Source: Octopus vulgaris
Taxonomy: Eukaryota
NCBI GenBank assembly: GCA_951406725.2
Contig: OX597826.1
Location: 68,820,001-68,884,000, forward strand
Reading direction: 5' to 3'
DNA length: 64,000 nt
Shown here: in pieces, positions 26,575-43,353 of the stretch
Layout: every line of letters begins with the position of its first letter
How positions within the stretch are numbered: position 1 is the first letter of the stretch
Notes under the pieces: generated by a model
The model's input: the letters and a program-made list of their open reading frames with translations, nothing else
Database searches by the model: none
Told to the model about the DNA's origin: nothing
Translations under genes and position numbers: made by a program

Positions 26575-26757
26575 GCAAAGTTTACGAAAATAAACAAAAG
26601 ACGAAGGCAGGTGATGTACAAACAAATGTATTAGTATAGCGCTCAGGAATAGAAAAAGTCTCTTACGTTTCGAGCCTAAGCTCTTCCGCAGAAAGATACA
26701 CAGAAAAAAGGAAGGAGAGAAAAATGCGTGTAGTAGCTAACGATCTATTATGGCGTC
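26570..26757 (-). mobile_element. Penelope-like pseudo-LTR fragment
   Basis: Homologous to 24124-24300; minus strand CTTT CTGCGGAA GAGC ttag GCTC GAAAC GTA AGAG. Confidence 0.7.
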
Positions 26758-27179
26758 TGTATATATATATATTTATATATACATTCAGCAGTGGTGATCT
26801 GTGATGATCTGTGATCTTAGGAGTACTCGAGGACTATCTTAGCAATCTCTGTCAGGACGGAAAGCATAGGAGAATTGCGTGCAGTTGAACATACAACTGA
26901 AAGGGATGATCTAATATTGCAAGTTATACAAAAATAACCATCGTCTTGCAAAAACTTGTAAAAATTTACGATCGGTCCTCGAAAACAGCTTTGATAAACA
27001 TTCAGATTCATTTTAGGAATAATGGAGTGTGGTTGTGATATATGACTCCCATTAGAGCAGCTAGCCGCCCCCCACACACACATGTGTCAACACATACAAA
27101 CATACACACTCATATATATAGACACAAATACATACATATATATAGGTACATAAGTGCATAAATATATAAATGTATATAC

Positions 27180-30262
<3,083 letters not shown>

Positions 30263-30618
30263 AATGTCTGTTAGTATGTACGCATGTGCTCATGTACATC
30301 CGTATTGACGTGATCATACAATTTTTATATATTCCAGATACATGCATAGGAATGAACAGATGCGGTTAAGGTTCCTACTAGTTTAACATTAAATGTATTC
30401 TAGCCTCTTTTTCTTCTCTCGCTGTTAGTCAATGAATCATGTCTCTTATACACACACACACATACACACAGAAGCACACACACAGACATATGCATGTGTA
30501 CGTGTGTGTCTGCATGTATGCTCCAGTGTAATTACATATATGCATATCTGTAGTAGAACAAACGTCACACACAAGCAGTATTTATATAGCATAACGACAC
30601 AGACGTATAGCCATAATG

Positions 30619-30670
<52 letters not shown>

Positions 30671-31760
30671 TCACAGAGAAATGCATATATACATATACAC
30701 GCAGAAAGATTATAGACTGTAATGATAGTAATATATCTAAATTAAGACAGAGTTAGAAAGAGAGACAGGTATAAACTCCGACACAGGTATAAAAACACAG
30801 ACACGCAATTACACATATACTTATAGATAAATACACAGATATACTTATACATATATACAGACAGACATATATAGTTTGAGAGGGACACAGTTACAGTGAG
30901 ATTAACGGTGTGTGGAGCAGGCAAGATAGGGGAAGAGGTATAACCTCCGTTTCTTAAAACGCCATGTTGAGCCGTAAATCAACAAAGGAAAACCGCCCTC
31001 ACTACGCACAGACGCAGGCATACACTCACACACATGTATTGCTGTAAGCGCATATAGTCATTATCATATAGGCAAACAGTGGTCTGTGATCATTTATATT
31101 CATGGTAAGGAGCTAATCGATAAACACCATAACATCAATCAATAACCTTAGCAAGCATGAATCATTAATGTTGAGTTATACCTGGGTATTTTCAAATTCG
31201 TGTTCTCGTGCAGTCACGGATGCTGTCTGTTATTGATTTGTGCTTGCCATCCCCTGGAACTGTCCGTAAGGCGTCCAGTCTCGACTGAAAAGAAAAAGAA
31301 AAACATCTTTTCTTTTATAATTTCATTCACATCTTAATTGAAATATGTATTGTCTTTAAAATGTGGTGAGCAAGCAACAATAGTTAGCAGGCCTGGCAAA
31401 ATACGTTCTGAGTTTAAATTCCGCCGAGGTGGCTAAATTGAGTACCAGCTTAGCACTGGTGACAGCTATTTCGAGATGGATAAAATAACTACCAGTTGAG
31501 CCCTGGAGTTAATGTAATTAATCAACTTACTCCTTCCACTTGAAATTCATAGTCTTCTACCAAAGTTTTGAAACTAACATGAAATACCATTATAAACCTT
31601 CATGGATTGGTTATAGATATATTTTATCAGCCCCAGTACTAACTGGTACTTATTTTATCGAGACCAGTAAGATGGACCAGGGCGGAATTTGAACTTATAA
31701 TACAAGTGACCGTAACTAAATACCTCAAACTGTTTGTCAGGCATGTAAGTATAAGTATAT

Positions 31761-31992
31761 ATTTCTTTACTAACCACAAGGGGCTAAACACAGAGTGGAC
31801 AAACAAGGACAGACAAAGGGATTAAGTGGATTACATTGACCCCAGTGCGTAAGTGGTACTTAATTTATCGATCCCGAAAGGATGAAAGGCAAAGTCGCCC
31901 TCGGCGGAATTTGAACTCGAAATGTAACGACAGACGAAATACGGCTACGCATTTCGCCCGGCGTGCTAACGTTTCTGCCAGCTCGCCGCCTT
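31761..31992 (-). mobile_element. SINE family B with 27-bp TSD
   Basis: Full copy; TTGTCAGGCATGTA(A/T)GTATAAGTATAT duplicated at 31734-31760 and 31991-32017. Confidence 0.93.
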
Positions 31993-32107
31993 GTCAGGCA
32001 TGTATGTATAAGTATATGTGTGTATGTATCTATAAGCGTTTCTTTTAAAATGCGTTCAAAATCCGCCCTTTGTTTCTGAACATTCTAACACGAAATTCTT
32101 TCTAAGT

Positions 32108-32335
32108 GGAGGCGCAATGGCCTAGTGGTTAGGGCAGCGGACTTGCGGTCGGAGGATCGCGGTTTCGATTCCCAGACCGGGCGTTGTGTGTGTTTATTGA
32201 GCGAAAATACCTAAAAGCTCCACGAGGCTCCGGCAGGAGGTGGTGATCCCTGCTGTACTCTTTCACCACTCTAAAAGGCGGTGCTCCAGCATGGCCGCAG
32301 TCAAAATGACTGAAACAAGTACAAAAAAAAAAAAA
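32108..32335 (+). mobile_element. Chimeric SINE: family C head + family A tail
   Basis: GGAGGCGCAATGGCCTAGTGG head joined at ~32272 to AAAGGCGGTGCTCCAGCATGGCCGCAGTC...poly(A). Confidence 0.85.
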
Positions 32336-32965
32336 GTTCGGCATAGCACCAGAAATTATCAGGTGAAGCACAAAGTTGATTTACAGCGAGCCAAGCACTT
32401 AACTGATACTTATCTTATCGACCTCGAAACAATTAAATGCAAAAACCGACCACAATGCAATCGAACGTAGAAAGTCGGAAGAAATACCACAAAGTATTTT
32501 CTCTGATACTCTTAGAGTTCTGCCAGCAAACAGTCTTAGAGTCCGCAACAATAAATAATCTGATAAAAAGAAATTTTGCTCCTTCCACCACGTTGTATTA
32601 GTTTCAAAGTAAATTATTCCGTAGTTGCATTCCGTTCATATAATTAAGACTATATATCATGGGGTTAGAGTATCGCAGCTTTCGTCAGAGCAATACTTTA
32701 AATACATGCTACTGAAAATATCTATTATTCAGCTTTGGAACCATGTTTTATTTATGTAACCATTCAACGTAAATATATTCACAGGTACGTTTGAGAGGTA
32801 CAGTCCACTGTTGTAATTAATTCACATACACACATATACGCAGATATACAAACGCAAAGAGACTCACAGGCACAGACACACAGGCACAGACACACACACA
32901 GATGTACAGGTATAAATACACACATATATTCACACATATATATATATATATATATTTATATATAC

Positions 32966-33027
<62 letters not shown>

Positions 33028-33140
33028 GTGCACACATATATGCGTATGTAGGTATATATATATATGTATGTTTTCGTTCTATTCCTTGGTTCTGCAGTTG
33101 TTGTTGTTGCGGTTGTTGTTGTTGTTGTTGTTGTGTCCAG

Positions 33141-33169
33141 CCATATTGTTTGTAATAACTCTTTGCATG
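33141..33169 (+). CDS. Speculative micro-exon ([10 protein letters not shown])
   Basis: ...GTGTCCAG| acceptor (alternative TCTGCAG at 33097) and a perfect ATG|GTAAGT donor. Confidence 0.2.
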
Positions 33170-33466
33170 GTAAGTTAAAGTTTCAATCGGAATTCATTGC
33201 GATCATGAATAAAAGGCTCCCACAGTTAATTCATCTGAAGATTAACCAGCTATTTAACAGAGCTGATAGTTGTGCCTTCAAATTTGGTGATAGTAGTCAT
33301 TGTATTTTCGATAAATAATCTCCCAGACCAAATAAGAGACAAGACGACCTATGTGTCTATATCCTAGTTATGACATTAAACTGCATCCGGTAAGGAGGCT
33401 CCCGTTCGGGCGATCTGGAGTTGTGGGGAGCGTGGCTTCACCTTCTGGCTGCTATTATTCGCATAT

Positions 33467-33882
33467 AAGGCGGCGAGCTGGCAGAACCGTTAGCACGCCG
33501 GGCGCAATTCTTAGCGATATTTCGTCTGTCGCAACGTCGTGAGTTCAAATTCCGCCGAGGTCCACTTTGCCTTTCATCCTTTCGGGGTCGATAAATTAAG
33601 TACCAGTTACGCACTGGAGTCGATATAATCGACTTATTCCGTTTCTCTGTCCTTGTTTGTCCTCTCTGTGTTTAGCCCCTTGTGGGTAGTAAAGAAATAG
33701 GTATTTCGTCTGCCGCTACGTTCTGAGTTCAAATTCCGCCGAGGTCCACTTTGCCTTTCATCCTTTCGGGGTCGATAAATTAAGTACCAGTTACGCACTG
33801 GGGTCGATATAATCGACTTAATCCGTTTGTCTGTCCTTGTTTGTCCTCTCTGTGTTTAGCTCCTTGTGGGTAGTAAAGAAAT
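33467..33882 (+). mobile_element. SINE family B dimer
   Basis: Head plus two ~183-bp units; TATTATTCGCA TSD at 33453-33463 and 33884-33894. Confidence 0.93.
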
Positions 33883-34535
33883 ATATTATTCGCAGGTCTC
33901 TGCTGACTCGGAACGGTAGAAACTGTTAGGTTCTCATCTATGTGCTAAATAGATTTGCTAAATGAGGCTTCCGTTATTCCTGACAAAGCATTGGAGATGA
34001 CAGCTCTTCTGAGAGATGGATGCTCTGGAAATAATCTTACTGCTAAAATAGTGGCAGTCATCTTGCAACGCTTCGATCTAAAATGGCGACCAAAAGAATA
34101 GCAAAAGTATTTTACTAGCGTTTGTTACTTAAATCATGTGACGTACAGATGTCTCTCTATAATTTCAATTCTTAATTCGTTTTCTAATTTATAAAATCCT
34201 ACGGCAATGGAGGCGTGGTGCGAAAAGTCATATCCGTGCATGTACAAGGATGGAAATAAAATCACAACAGTCAGGCTGATTGTGAGAATGCTTTCAGCAT
34301 TTGAAATGAGGCTCTCATCAAGTATGTATGTATGTATGTATGTATGTATGTATGTATGTATGTATGTATGTGTGTAAGTATGTATTGACAACTAAGACTT
34401 TGGTAAAACAGTGGCAAAAATTGACAGTTACGCTAACTCTGCATTCTATTCGGTGTTTTATGCTGAATACATGTTACCATTGCTAACATTGTAAACCAGT
34501 TCCACTGCTAAACGTCGTTATAAGAGGTTCTTGTT

Positions 34536-34790
34536 AAGGCGGCGAGCTGGCAGATAAGGAGGTGAGCTGGCAGAAATGTTAGCACGCCGGGCGAAATGCT
34601 TTGCAGTATTTCGTCTGCCGTTACGTTCTGAGTTCAAATTCCGCCGAGGTCGACTTTGCCTTCCATCCTTTCGGGGTCGATAAATTAAGTACCAGTTACG
34701 CACTGGGGTCGATATAATCGACTTAATCCATTTGTCTGTCCTTGTTTGTCCCCTCTGTGTTTAGCCCCTTATGGGTAGTAAAGAAAAATA
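34536..34790 (+). mobile_element. SINE family B with duplicated head
   Basis: AAGG(C/A)GG(C/T)GAGCTGGCAGA twice; imperfect ~17-bp TSD TATA.G.GGTTCTTGTT. Confidence 0.92.
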
Positions 34791-35714
34791 TAGGTGGTTC
34801 TTGTTGACAGTTTTGTGGTCTAAATGCATTGCAAAATCATCGATAAAAGTGGTTCACTCTCACAGCGAATTATATCCACCGTATCCTATTTTAATTCGGG
34901 TAACAATATTCCATATGAGCGTAAGCAGGTATTGCTTTATATATATAGGGCGATTATATCCCAGTATAATCATTGACAAACATGTACATTAAACACAGAG
35001 GGGAATTGAACCTCCTCATTGTTCCTATTGACAATCGAGCATTTTACGGTCCAGTGAAAGGGGCCTTTTAGCATTGGTTTCCAACAAGGGATGAACCACC
35101 TCAAATTTGAAGAAAGGAACTGTTGGTTATATATGAACGTGATTACATGACAGATAAAATAATTCCCCGACGGCGAAAGGATGAAATGTGAAGTTGAGCA
35201 GAGAACGATTTGAACACAAAATGCAAAGAGCCGTTCGAAAGTTTAATAATTCTGCCAACCCACTGCTGTGAAATGGAGCGCGTAATTTTAAACATTCATT
35301 TGCACAACATCAGAGATAGGCTTCGAAACGAAATTTATTACATCCATTAGTCTCCTAACACACCCTATAAACTCCGTTACACGACCAAACTGACAATCCT
35401 CGAGAGATATTCTAAAAGATATTAAATGCTATCGTGAATACCATTGTCATCAGGTGTGTTATCAGCGTAAAACCGTTAGTGTTTTCTTTTGCTTTTTTTT
35501 TCTTTGGCTTTTTCTTTCATTTCTTTTTTTCTTTTTTTTTTTGTTTATTTATTTTCTTCTGAAATATATCAAATGTATGATATTTTCAATATTTCACTCG
35601 TTAGATAGTAAATTGAGTTAATTTCACCGTCGTGTACAATTCTTACGATATCTGAAGCTGATAAATTGACTAAAACATGAAAGCAATTTGTAAATTACCA
35701 GAACGTCGATATTA

Positions 35715-35975
35715 ACACACGCACACACACACAAACACACAGACACACACACAGACATAGACACACACACACACACACACAAACACACACAAACACACAC
35801 ACATACACACACTCACACACATACACACACATATGTATATAATCGTACCTGCTCTCACACATGCACACATACACACACTCACACACATACACACACTCAC
35901 ACACATACACACACTCACACACATACACACACATATGTATATAGTCGTACCTGCTCTCACACATGCACACATACA
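35715..35975. repeat. (CA)n minisatellite with ~108-bp duplication
   Basis: TCGTACCTGCTCTCACACATGCAC occurs twice. Confidence 0.88.
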
Positions 35976-37067
35976 ACCAGAACAGAAGCACAAACGTACT
36001 CTCACCAACATAGATATATGTTCATGTGCATACATATGTTGATGTATGTATGTGGTACACACACACATACACACGTACGCACATACGCACACACGAACAC
36101 ACGCGCACACATATACTCATATATACATGTATGTATATATTCATATTTATTTGTATGTAATAGGTATGTTCGTATGTATGTATCCATACAAAATATGGGT
36201 GGTATCTACATACACAGGAGCACAGCATAACACATTTTAGTTCGTTGAATGGAGGCATTTGTTCGCAGATAGTGTTCAATAACATTTATAAATTACTTGG
36301 GGCTATGATCAGTGTCTTTGTGAATTAAATGAACGGAGAGAATGATGCTCGAATATACGTATATAATGGATATATGTGTTTATGTATATTTGCCTTTCGG
36401 AAACCTTATAATCACATGTCTACTCAGAAAGTAAATCGGTATAATTTAATAACACACGTTTCTTTTTTGTCTGCAACACTGCGGATTATTTTCCTTTTCA
36501 TTTCACTCCTCTTGATATACCTCGTACCCCGAAGAAAACAGAAAAAAATTCAAAAGAAAACAAAATAGGTAAACGCTCAAGATCTCGAAAGTTTATCTCA
36601 CTATGTTACTGTAAAAGATAATAACAAAGCGGAAACTTTGTACACTCATACACGCATGCGTATGTATGTACACATATATGTATATCTGTATATAAGTATA
36701 TATAGAAATGTGTGTTTATAATTCAATACACAATTACGAAAGAAGTAGATTTATCATCATGTTTTTTTACGATGTTTTAAATTGGTAGATTTATAAAATA
36801 TGCCATTTACCCCCAAGTAATCTTTGAGGACCTGTTCATGCGTTCAATTACTTTAACAACCAGGACAGTGGATCATGAGAAAATAACAGATAAAATGAAG
36901 AGAAATTTGATGTAAAATGTGAAACGAGAAGAAAGAAAAATAGTAGTAAGAAACAAAGATCTTCATCTCTGATTATAGAAATCATAATTCATGTAGCTGA
37001 AGCAAAATAATATAACAGGAAGAATGCTAAAATTTGCGAGACAGCTACTCAATCCGGAGCGAGTAGT

Positions 37068-37620
37068 GTGCTCCAGTTCGACAAAAGAAACTTGTCTATG
37101 TGTTTGCACCTGCTAAAAGTTTCAGATATGGAATTAAGTAGTGCGCTAGCGTTCTTGGATCTAAAAGCAATATGTGATCTTTCTACTATTCATAAATTGC
37201 ATTTCTTAGATCCATCAACGTATGACTTGGACTTGTCTACGATCCTCCACTTGATTGTATATAGTGTAGACTTGGTCTTCAAACCTCATACGTGGTCAGC
37301 CAAATTAGGGGCATTATTTTGTTGACGCGCCAGAAAGATGATCTGTAGTTTGCATAACGTTTTTGAAATCCTCTCCGCATAATTCTATGTAATTCTTTTC
37401 AGTATTGTGAAGCATTGCTGTTATTTCTGCTTCATATACGACGTAGTTGATCATACAAGCCTGATCATGGGAGTAAGCTTCGGAATCTCATCAGTTACAA
37501 CTGGGATTGGACTCTTTGGGATGCTTACGAGCTATAATATCCATAGTCGTGCAGCAACTTTATGACATGTTAATGGAGAGTCTGTTAAAAATATTCCTGT
37601 ATTTCTGATTTATTAGGAAA
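37068..37620 (-). pseudogene. Decayed Penelope-like RT C-terminus/GIY-YIG endonuclease
   Basis: Minus-strand pieces KYRNIFNR..INMS.SC, CMINYVVYEAEIT...KNYIELC, SYVDGSKKCNL...LLNS.SE.FSRCKH.DKFLLSNW. Confidence 0.7.
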
Positions 37621-37740
37621 TGCGTATCTTAAAGAAACAGGATGAGAAAGCGGAGCGAACTAAATTATTTTTCCAAGTCTATTTTTAGGTCATATTTTTA
37701 CTTGAAGTGTTCTTAATTTTCAAGCCGCTGTTAGCGGGAG

Positions 37741-37804
<64 letters not shown>

Positions 37805-37939
37805 GTAGTCGTCGTAGTCGTCGTCATCATCGTCGTCGTCGTCATCATCATCATCATCATCATCATTATCATCATCATCATCATCATCAACATCATCATC
37901 ATCATCATCATCATTGTTATTATTATTATTATTATTATT
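37741..37939. repeat. (CAT/CGT/TAT)n trinucleotide repeat
   Basis: Direct reading. Confidence 0.95.
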
Positions 37940-39120
37940 GTCATTTTTACTTTTAATCTGCATGTTTGTTTCATTCACTTGCCGAGACACACCCAGCGTC
38001 TTGGGGCGAGTGAAATATAAGTGTTGTTGCAATATGACTGCTAGCTTGGGGAGGGGAGGTAGTGAAATATCTTAATGTAATACAACACAGACATTCAAAT
38101 GGATAGAGTTTTTCTAAGGATGTGGGCAGTACTTGTCAGCAAAATGTTTTGGATTTCTCTGAGATATGGTTCTCCTGGGATCTTATATAGATATTTCTGA
38201 TATCCCTTTTTTTTAATCATACCTAGGGTACCTACAATAACGGTAGCAGTTCTAGTTTTTTAGATGCCACATCTTTTGTACTTTAATTTCCAGGTCCTTA
38301 TATTTACTTAGTTTGTCAAATACATTGACAGATATATTTTTATCAGTGGGAACACTTACATCTATTAGTGTACAAGTATGTTCTTCCGTGTCTTCAATAA
38401 TTAAGCCTGGTCGATTATGCTGGATCGTTCTGTCAGTGTTGACTAGAAAATCCCACAGGATAGCGAAATTTTTACCTTCAACGACTCGCGCAAGATAATG
38501 TTCATAGCAGTAACCAAGAATGCTGATTTTGTTGTGTTTACGTATTTTCCAATGTAAATAATGTCTCGCCCTATCGTGACGTTTCTTGTGGTCGTTTGGT
38601 GTCAGCACAGGACATCTCGTGATGAGATGGTCTATTGTTTCATCAAGTGTGTCACAGAATCTACATTTAGAGTCAGAACCGTTTTGAAGAACGTTAGTCT
38701 GGTAGTTTTTGTGAGCAAGCCTTGATCTTGGGTAGCCAATATGAAACCTTCAGTCTCTGCTTTCAGTCAGGAACTTCTCAGCCAATGATGGGTTGTCGAT
38801 TAATCTGCATCAGCATTTCGACTTCGAAGTATATACTGTCCATGCAGAGCCTTCAGGCTCAATCGCTCCTCAATTTGTTTCTGCCCATTCTGTTTTTTGC
38901 ACTCTATTTGATCCATTTCACTTGTTTTGTGGCAGCGGTTTCGGGTTTTTCAACTATTTCAAGATTAATGTCAATTTCGCTTGCGAATTTGCAAGCTTCC
39001 TTGACATTCGAATGTGACTTTTCACTGCTTTCGTATTTGCACACAAGTGGCAGCGTCCAGTCCTCTATACTAGATAAGTACCTGTTCATTGCTATTGTAG
39101 AGGACTTATAAGAGAGTTTT
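37940..39120 (-). mobile_element. 5'-truncated R4/Dong-type LINE (zinc knuckle + RLE + 3'UTR)
   Basis: KCRFCD..DETIDHLITRCPVL...RHD..YLHW...ILWDF.V.TDRTIQHNRP...LIDVSVP.D.N....DKLSKYKDL; the 3' end runs into (TAA)n on the sense strand. Confidence 0.9.
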
Positions 39121-39126
39121 AACGGC

Positions 39127-39127
<1 letters not shown>

Positions 39128-39190
<63 letters not shown>

Positions 39191-39251
39191 GATAATAATA
39201 ATAATTTTTCGTCTTCTTCTTCTTAATCTTCTTCTTCTTCTTCTTCTTCTT

Positions 39252-39333
<82 letters not shown>
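39128..39333. repeat. (TAA)n-(CTT)n-(TTA)n compound microsatellite
   Basis: Direct reading. Confidence 0.95.
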
Positions 39334-39337
<4 letters not shown>

Positions 39338-39373
39338 CATATATATTTATACACACACACACATATATACATG

Positions 39374-39405
<32 letters not shown>

Positions 39406-39565
39406 TATTTATATATATATACATATATATATATGTAATAACAATAATAAAAATAATGCCCTAGCTATACATATATATATATATTATATCATATGTATTT
39501 AGTTCTTATATCATGTGTGTGTGTGTGTAGTGTGTGTTGTGTATTGAAAGAAATATTGTGTGTCT

Positions 39566-39658
39566 AGGCGCAATGGCCTAGCGGTTATATCAGGGCTACG
39601 GATCGCGGTCGGATGTATCGCGATTCCGATTCCCAGACCGGGCGATTCCGATTCCCAG

Positions 39659-39660
<2 letters not shown>
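39566..39660 (+). mobile_element. SINE family C head fragment
   Basis: AGGCGCAATGGCCTAGCGGTTA...CGATTCCCAGACCGGGCG with an internal duplication. Confidence 0.75.
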
Positions 39661-39700
<40 letters not shown>

Positions 39701-39900
39701 ATAATGGCCCACCTTGCGCACAACAAGATTTGTTCCAACACACGAATTCCCATCAAGAATAAGGCAAACCACTAATAGAAAAAAAGAAGCTCTAGCCAAG
39801 CTAGCAAGTTGCTTAAAAACACCCTGTTGTTCTGTCGTATTCGACATCTGCGTATGTTTATCTTAATTTTTATTGCCATAACGCAAGTCTCAAGACATAG

Positions 39901-39955
<55 letters not shown>

Positions 39956-40395
39956 CATGTATGTGCGTGAGAGAGAGAGAGAGAGAGTGTTTGTGTGTGT
40001 GTGTATGTGCGATTGGGTGTCTCTTGGTGCGTATTCATCTTACATATAATTGGATACCAATCACATTATCAAGGTTTGCTAAGTTTCAAGACACCCATAA
40101 AAGACTAAAAGAAACATACTCTAATATTTTTAGGAATTGGCAGCGTTCACTTTGGGAATGAATTCTGTCTGGTCTGTTTAATATAAAACAATTTTAAAGA
40201 CATTTTAATATTTATGTCAGTTAACTTCGAGCTTGTTTTATCTTCAAAGAAAATGCATTATTGCTATCGGTATTTTTATCTAATAGATATTCAAAATATT
40301 CTTTAAGATAGCATTGTATTCACACATTATGAGCTACTAGTTACTACCAAATCGGATCTCTACTAACACACACACACACACACACACATGCATAT

Positions 40396-40549
<154 letters not shown>

Positions 40550-40573
40550 GTGTATGTGTGTGTATGTGTGTAA

Positions 40574-41103
40574 GTTCATGTGTTGGACAAAATTCTTAGT
40601 GTTAGTCCTCCGGGTCTTTACGTTCCCAGGTCATATTTCCGAGGTATGTATATATATATATGAAGATGGAAATTGAACTACTTAAACTGCGAGCTAAGAT
40701 GAATGAAGAAAAAGTAAAAACCATAGATGAAGAAATCAACGAAGCAGTCAACAAAGTAACAGACGGCATCAATACTGAAACATTACTTAAACTATGGAAA
40801 GAAGAATGTGAAAAATAGGAACTAAAGTCCCTCAAACGATGGGAAAAGTGCGCCAACTGGTTCTTGGATTATGAAACCAGCTTCAAAACTGAACACATGT
40901 CCAACAACCCCTTCATAAAATTAAGAAAAACAAAACCAAATGCCAACAGAACGGAATAAACACCAAGAAATCTAAATATACTCCATACCAGAAAAAAAAC
41001 ATTTTGAACGCACCCCACACTATCTAAACCAACCCCAAAACATCTACAGGGACCCACTACACCATTTCAGGAACCATAGGGATGCAACACACAATTCTAT
41101 GAA
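40574..41103 (+). repeat. Left arm of inverted duplication (decayed coiled-coil ORF, LINE ORF1-like)
   Basis: MEIELLKLRAKMNEEKVKTIDEEINE...LWKEECEK*; reverse complement at 42553-43353. Confidence 0.85.
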
Positions 41104-41524
41104 TATATAATTCACACGTGTATTTATCGTTATGGTAAAATCTGGCGTGTGATTGAGTGGATTTCATCCAGATAGTTTTGGCTGAGGAGCTACAAGTGGA
41201 TTTTTTTGTAAGTAAAATTACATTTAATTCATTAATAGCGAAACAATTGTCCCAAAATAATCTGTATTTTTGTTATTTTTTACTTGCCCTGTTCGTGTGA
41301 GCTAACAATCGTACTGACTTTCATGGGAAACATGTATTTTTGTGGTTGAAACCTTTTGGATTAACTGGTGCTAGAGTGAGCCATATAGTGACCACTCTCT
41401 TATATTTATTTTATATACATATATATATATATATTCACACCTATGTGTATAATATATATGTGTGTGTATGTGTGTATGTGTGTATGTATGTATGTATGTA
41501 TGTATGTATATATGTGTAGTATCT

Positions 41525-41609
<85 letters not shown>

Positions 41610-42239
41610 TGAGCGGGGTGCATTCCTCCTTCTATTACTTCAAAATGAGTATGACATTTTTCTTTTAAATGCAGATACTGCAATTAAATTCTACATGTGC
41701 TACAACGAAGTGCAGTTCATTCACAGCAGCATATAACAGGAAAAACGCATCTCACCTTAAACACATAAAACTACAACAAATATATTGTTCCAAGCTTTCC
41801 GTAGGCTTTCGCTTTTGCTCTCCGCGAACATGATCTGAATAACCTCTAATGACACTTATGATGTCTGCCGCAAGTCAACATGTTCCACTTGATCTTATGC
41901 CACTAATCAATACCTGGTCGCCTCTCTGGTGATAAACCTTTCATCGTTTTTGCATGAAAGCTTATCTTAAGACGATCTACTCAACTAGATATTTTTACCA
42001 TTTTTAGTGTGTGTGGAATTCAAATTCCGCTGATGTCGACTTTAACCTTCATCGATTCAAGGATCTATAGAATTGAACCCATTTGAGCACTGGGGACGAT
42101 GTAATCGATTTTCCCACTCCCCCAAATATCAACCATTGTGCATATGGTGTAATGATTTATTAGTGTATGTATATATATAAATATATATATATATAGATAT
42201 ATATATACATATAGATACATACATACATACATACATACA

Positions 42240-42285
<46 letters not shown>

Positions 42286-42552
42286 CATATATATTTATAA
42301 TAGGTGTAGGTGGCATACGAGTGGGTATATATTTATAAAAAAAGAAATTTGAAAACGCCACTATATAAGATGAATTTTAATTTTCTGATATATTTTACAT
42401 GCTTTGATTCTTCTTGAAAAAAACGAACCTTATCAAAAATATTTTTAAGCGTTATGCGTAATAAAAAAAGTTCATAATTGTTTCTTACTTGACTGAACAG
42501 AATCCAGTAGAGGTTCGGTAGTTGAGTCTTAGTTGGGTTATGTAGATTGTAG

Positions 42553-43353
42553 TTCATAGAATTGTGTGTTGCATCCCTGTTTCCTGAAATGTTGTAGTGG
42601 GTCCCTGTAGATGTTTTGGGGTTGGTTTAGGTGGTGTGGGGTACGTTTAAAATGTCTTTTTCTGGGATGGAGTGTATTTAGATTTCTTGGTGTTTATTCC
42701 GTTCTGTTGGCATTTGGTTTCGTTTTTCTTAATTTTATGAAGGGGTTGTTGGACATGTGTTCAGTTTTGAAGTTGGTTTCATAATCCAAGAACCCCATCG
42801 TTGGAGGGACTTTACTTCCTCTTTTTCACATTCTTCTTTCCAAGTAATGTTTCAGTATTGATGCCCTCTCTTAGTTTGTTGACTGCTTCGTTGATTTCCT
42901 CATCTATGGTTTTTACTTTTTCTTCATTCGTCTTAGCTCTCAGTTTAAGTAGTTCAATTTCCATCTTCATATCTTTATATATAAAAGTGAAGTTGTGTGT
43001 CTGTCTCTTACGATTTAGATTCCTAACTACTCCCACATTTTGCGGTGCAGTTTAACCAAAAGCGGGTATCTTATAGTCGTGATTCATAATCGAGCCCTTC
43101 TGGGTATTAGCGCGCGTCTACGATGAGTCTACGATTTTAAAAAAATTTACCATCATTTTTTCCCATTTTTAATGCATTTTTTTGCTATTATATAAGGGAA
43201 TTAACTGTCTAAAAATGCTTATATAGTTATTTCCCTTACAAACCCGAGTAACGCCGGGCGATACTGCTACTATATATATATACGTCGGTAATATGAACTT
43301 GGAACGTAAAAAGCCGGAGGACTATCACTAAGAATTTTATCCGACGCATGAAC
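42553..43353 (-). repeat. Right arm of inverted duplication, interrupted by a Helitron
   Basis: Homology to 40574-41103 on both sides of 42972-43270. Confidence 0.85.
42972..43270 (+). mobile_element. Non-autonomous Helitron, third interior variant
   Basis: A|TC start, CCCGAGTAACGCCGGG hairpin, CTAC|T end; 3' ~130 bp shared with 16530-16661. Confidence 0.85.

Noticed and set aside
30940-31020. YY1-like CGCCATGTT promoter signal
   Set aside because: Isolated short motif with no other promoter support.
34207-34321. Short ORF MEAWCEKSYPCMYKDG... ending at A|GTATGT
   Set aside because: The apparent donor is simply the start of a (GTAT)n repeat; no acceptor or recognisable homology.
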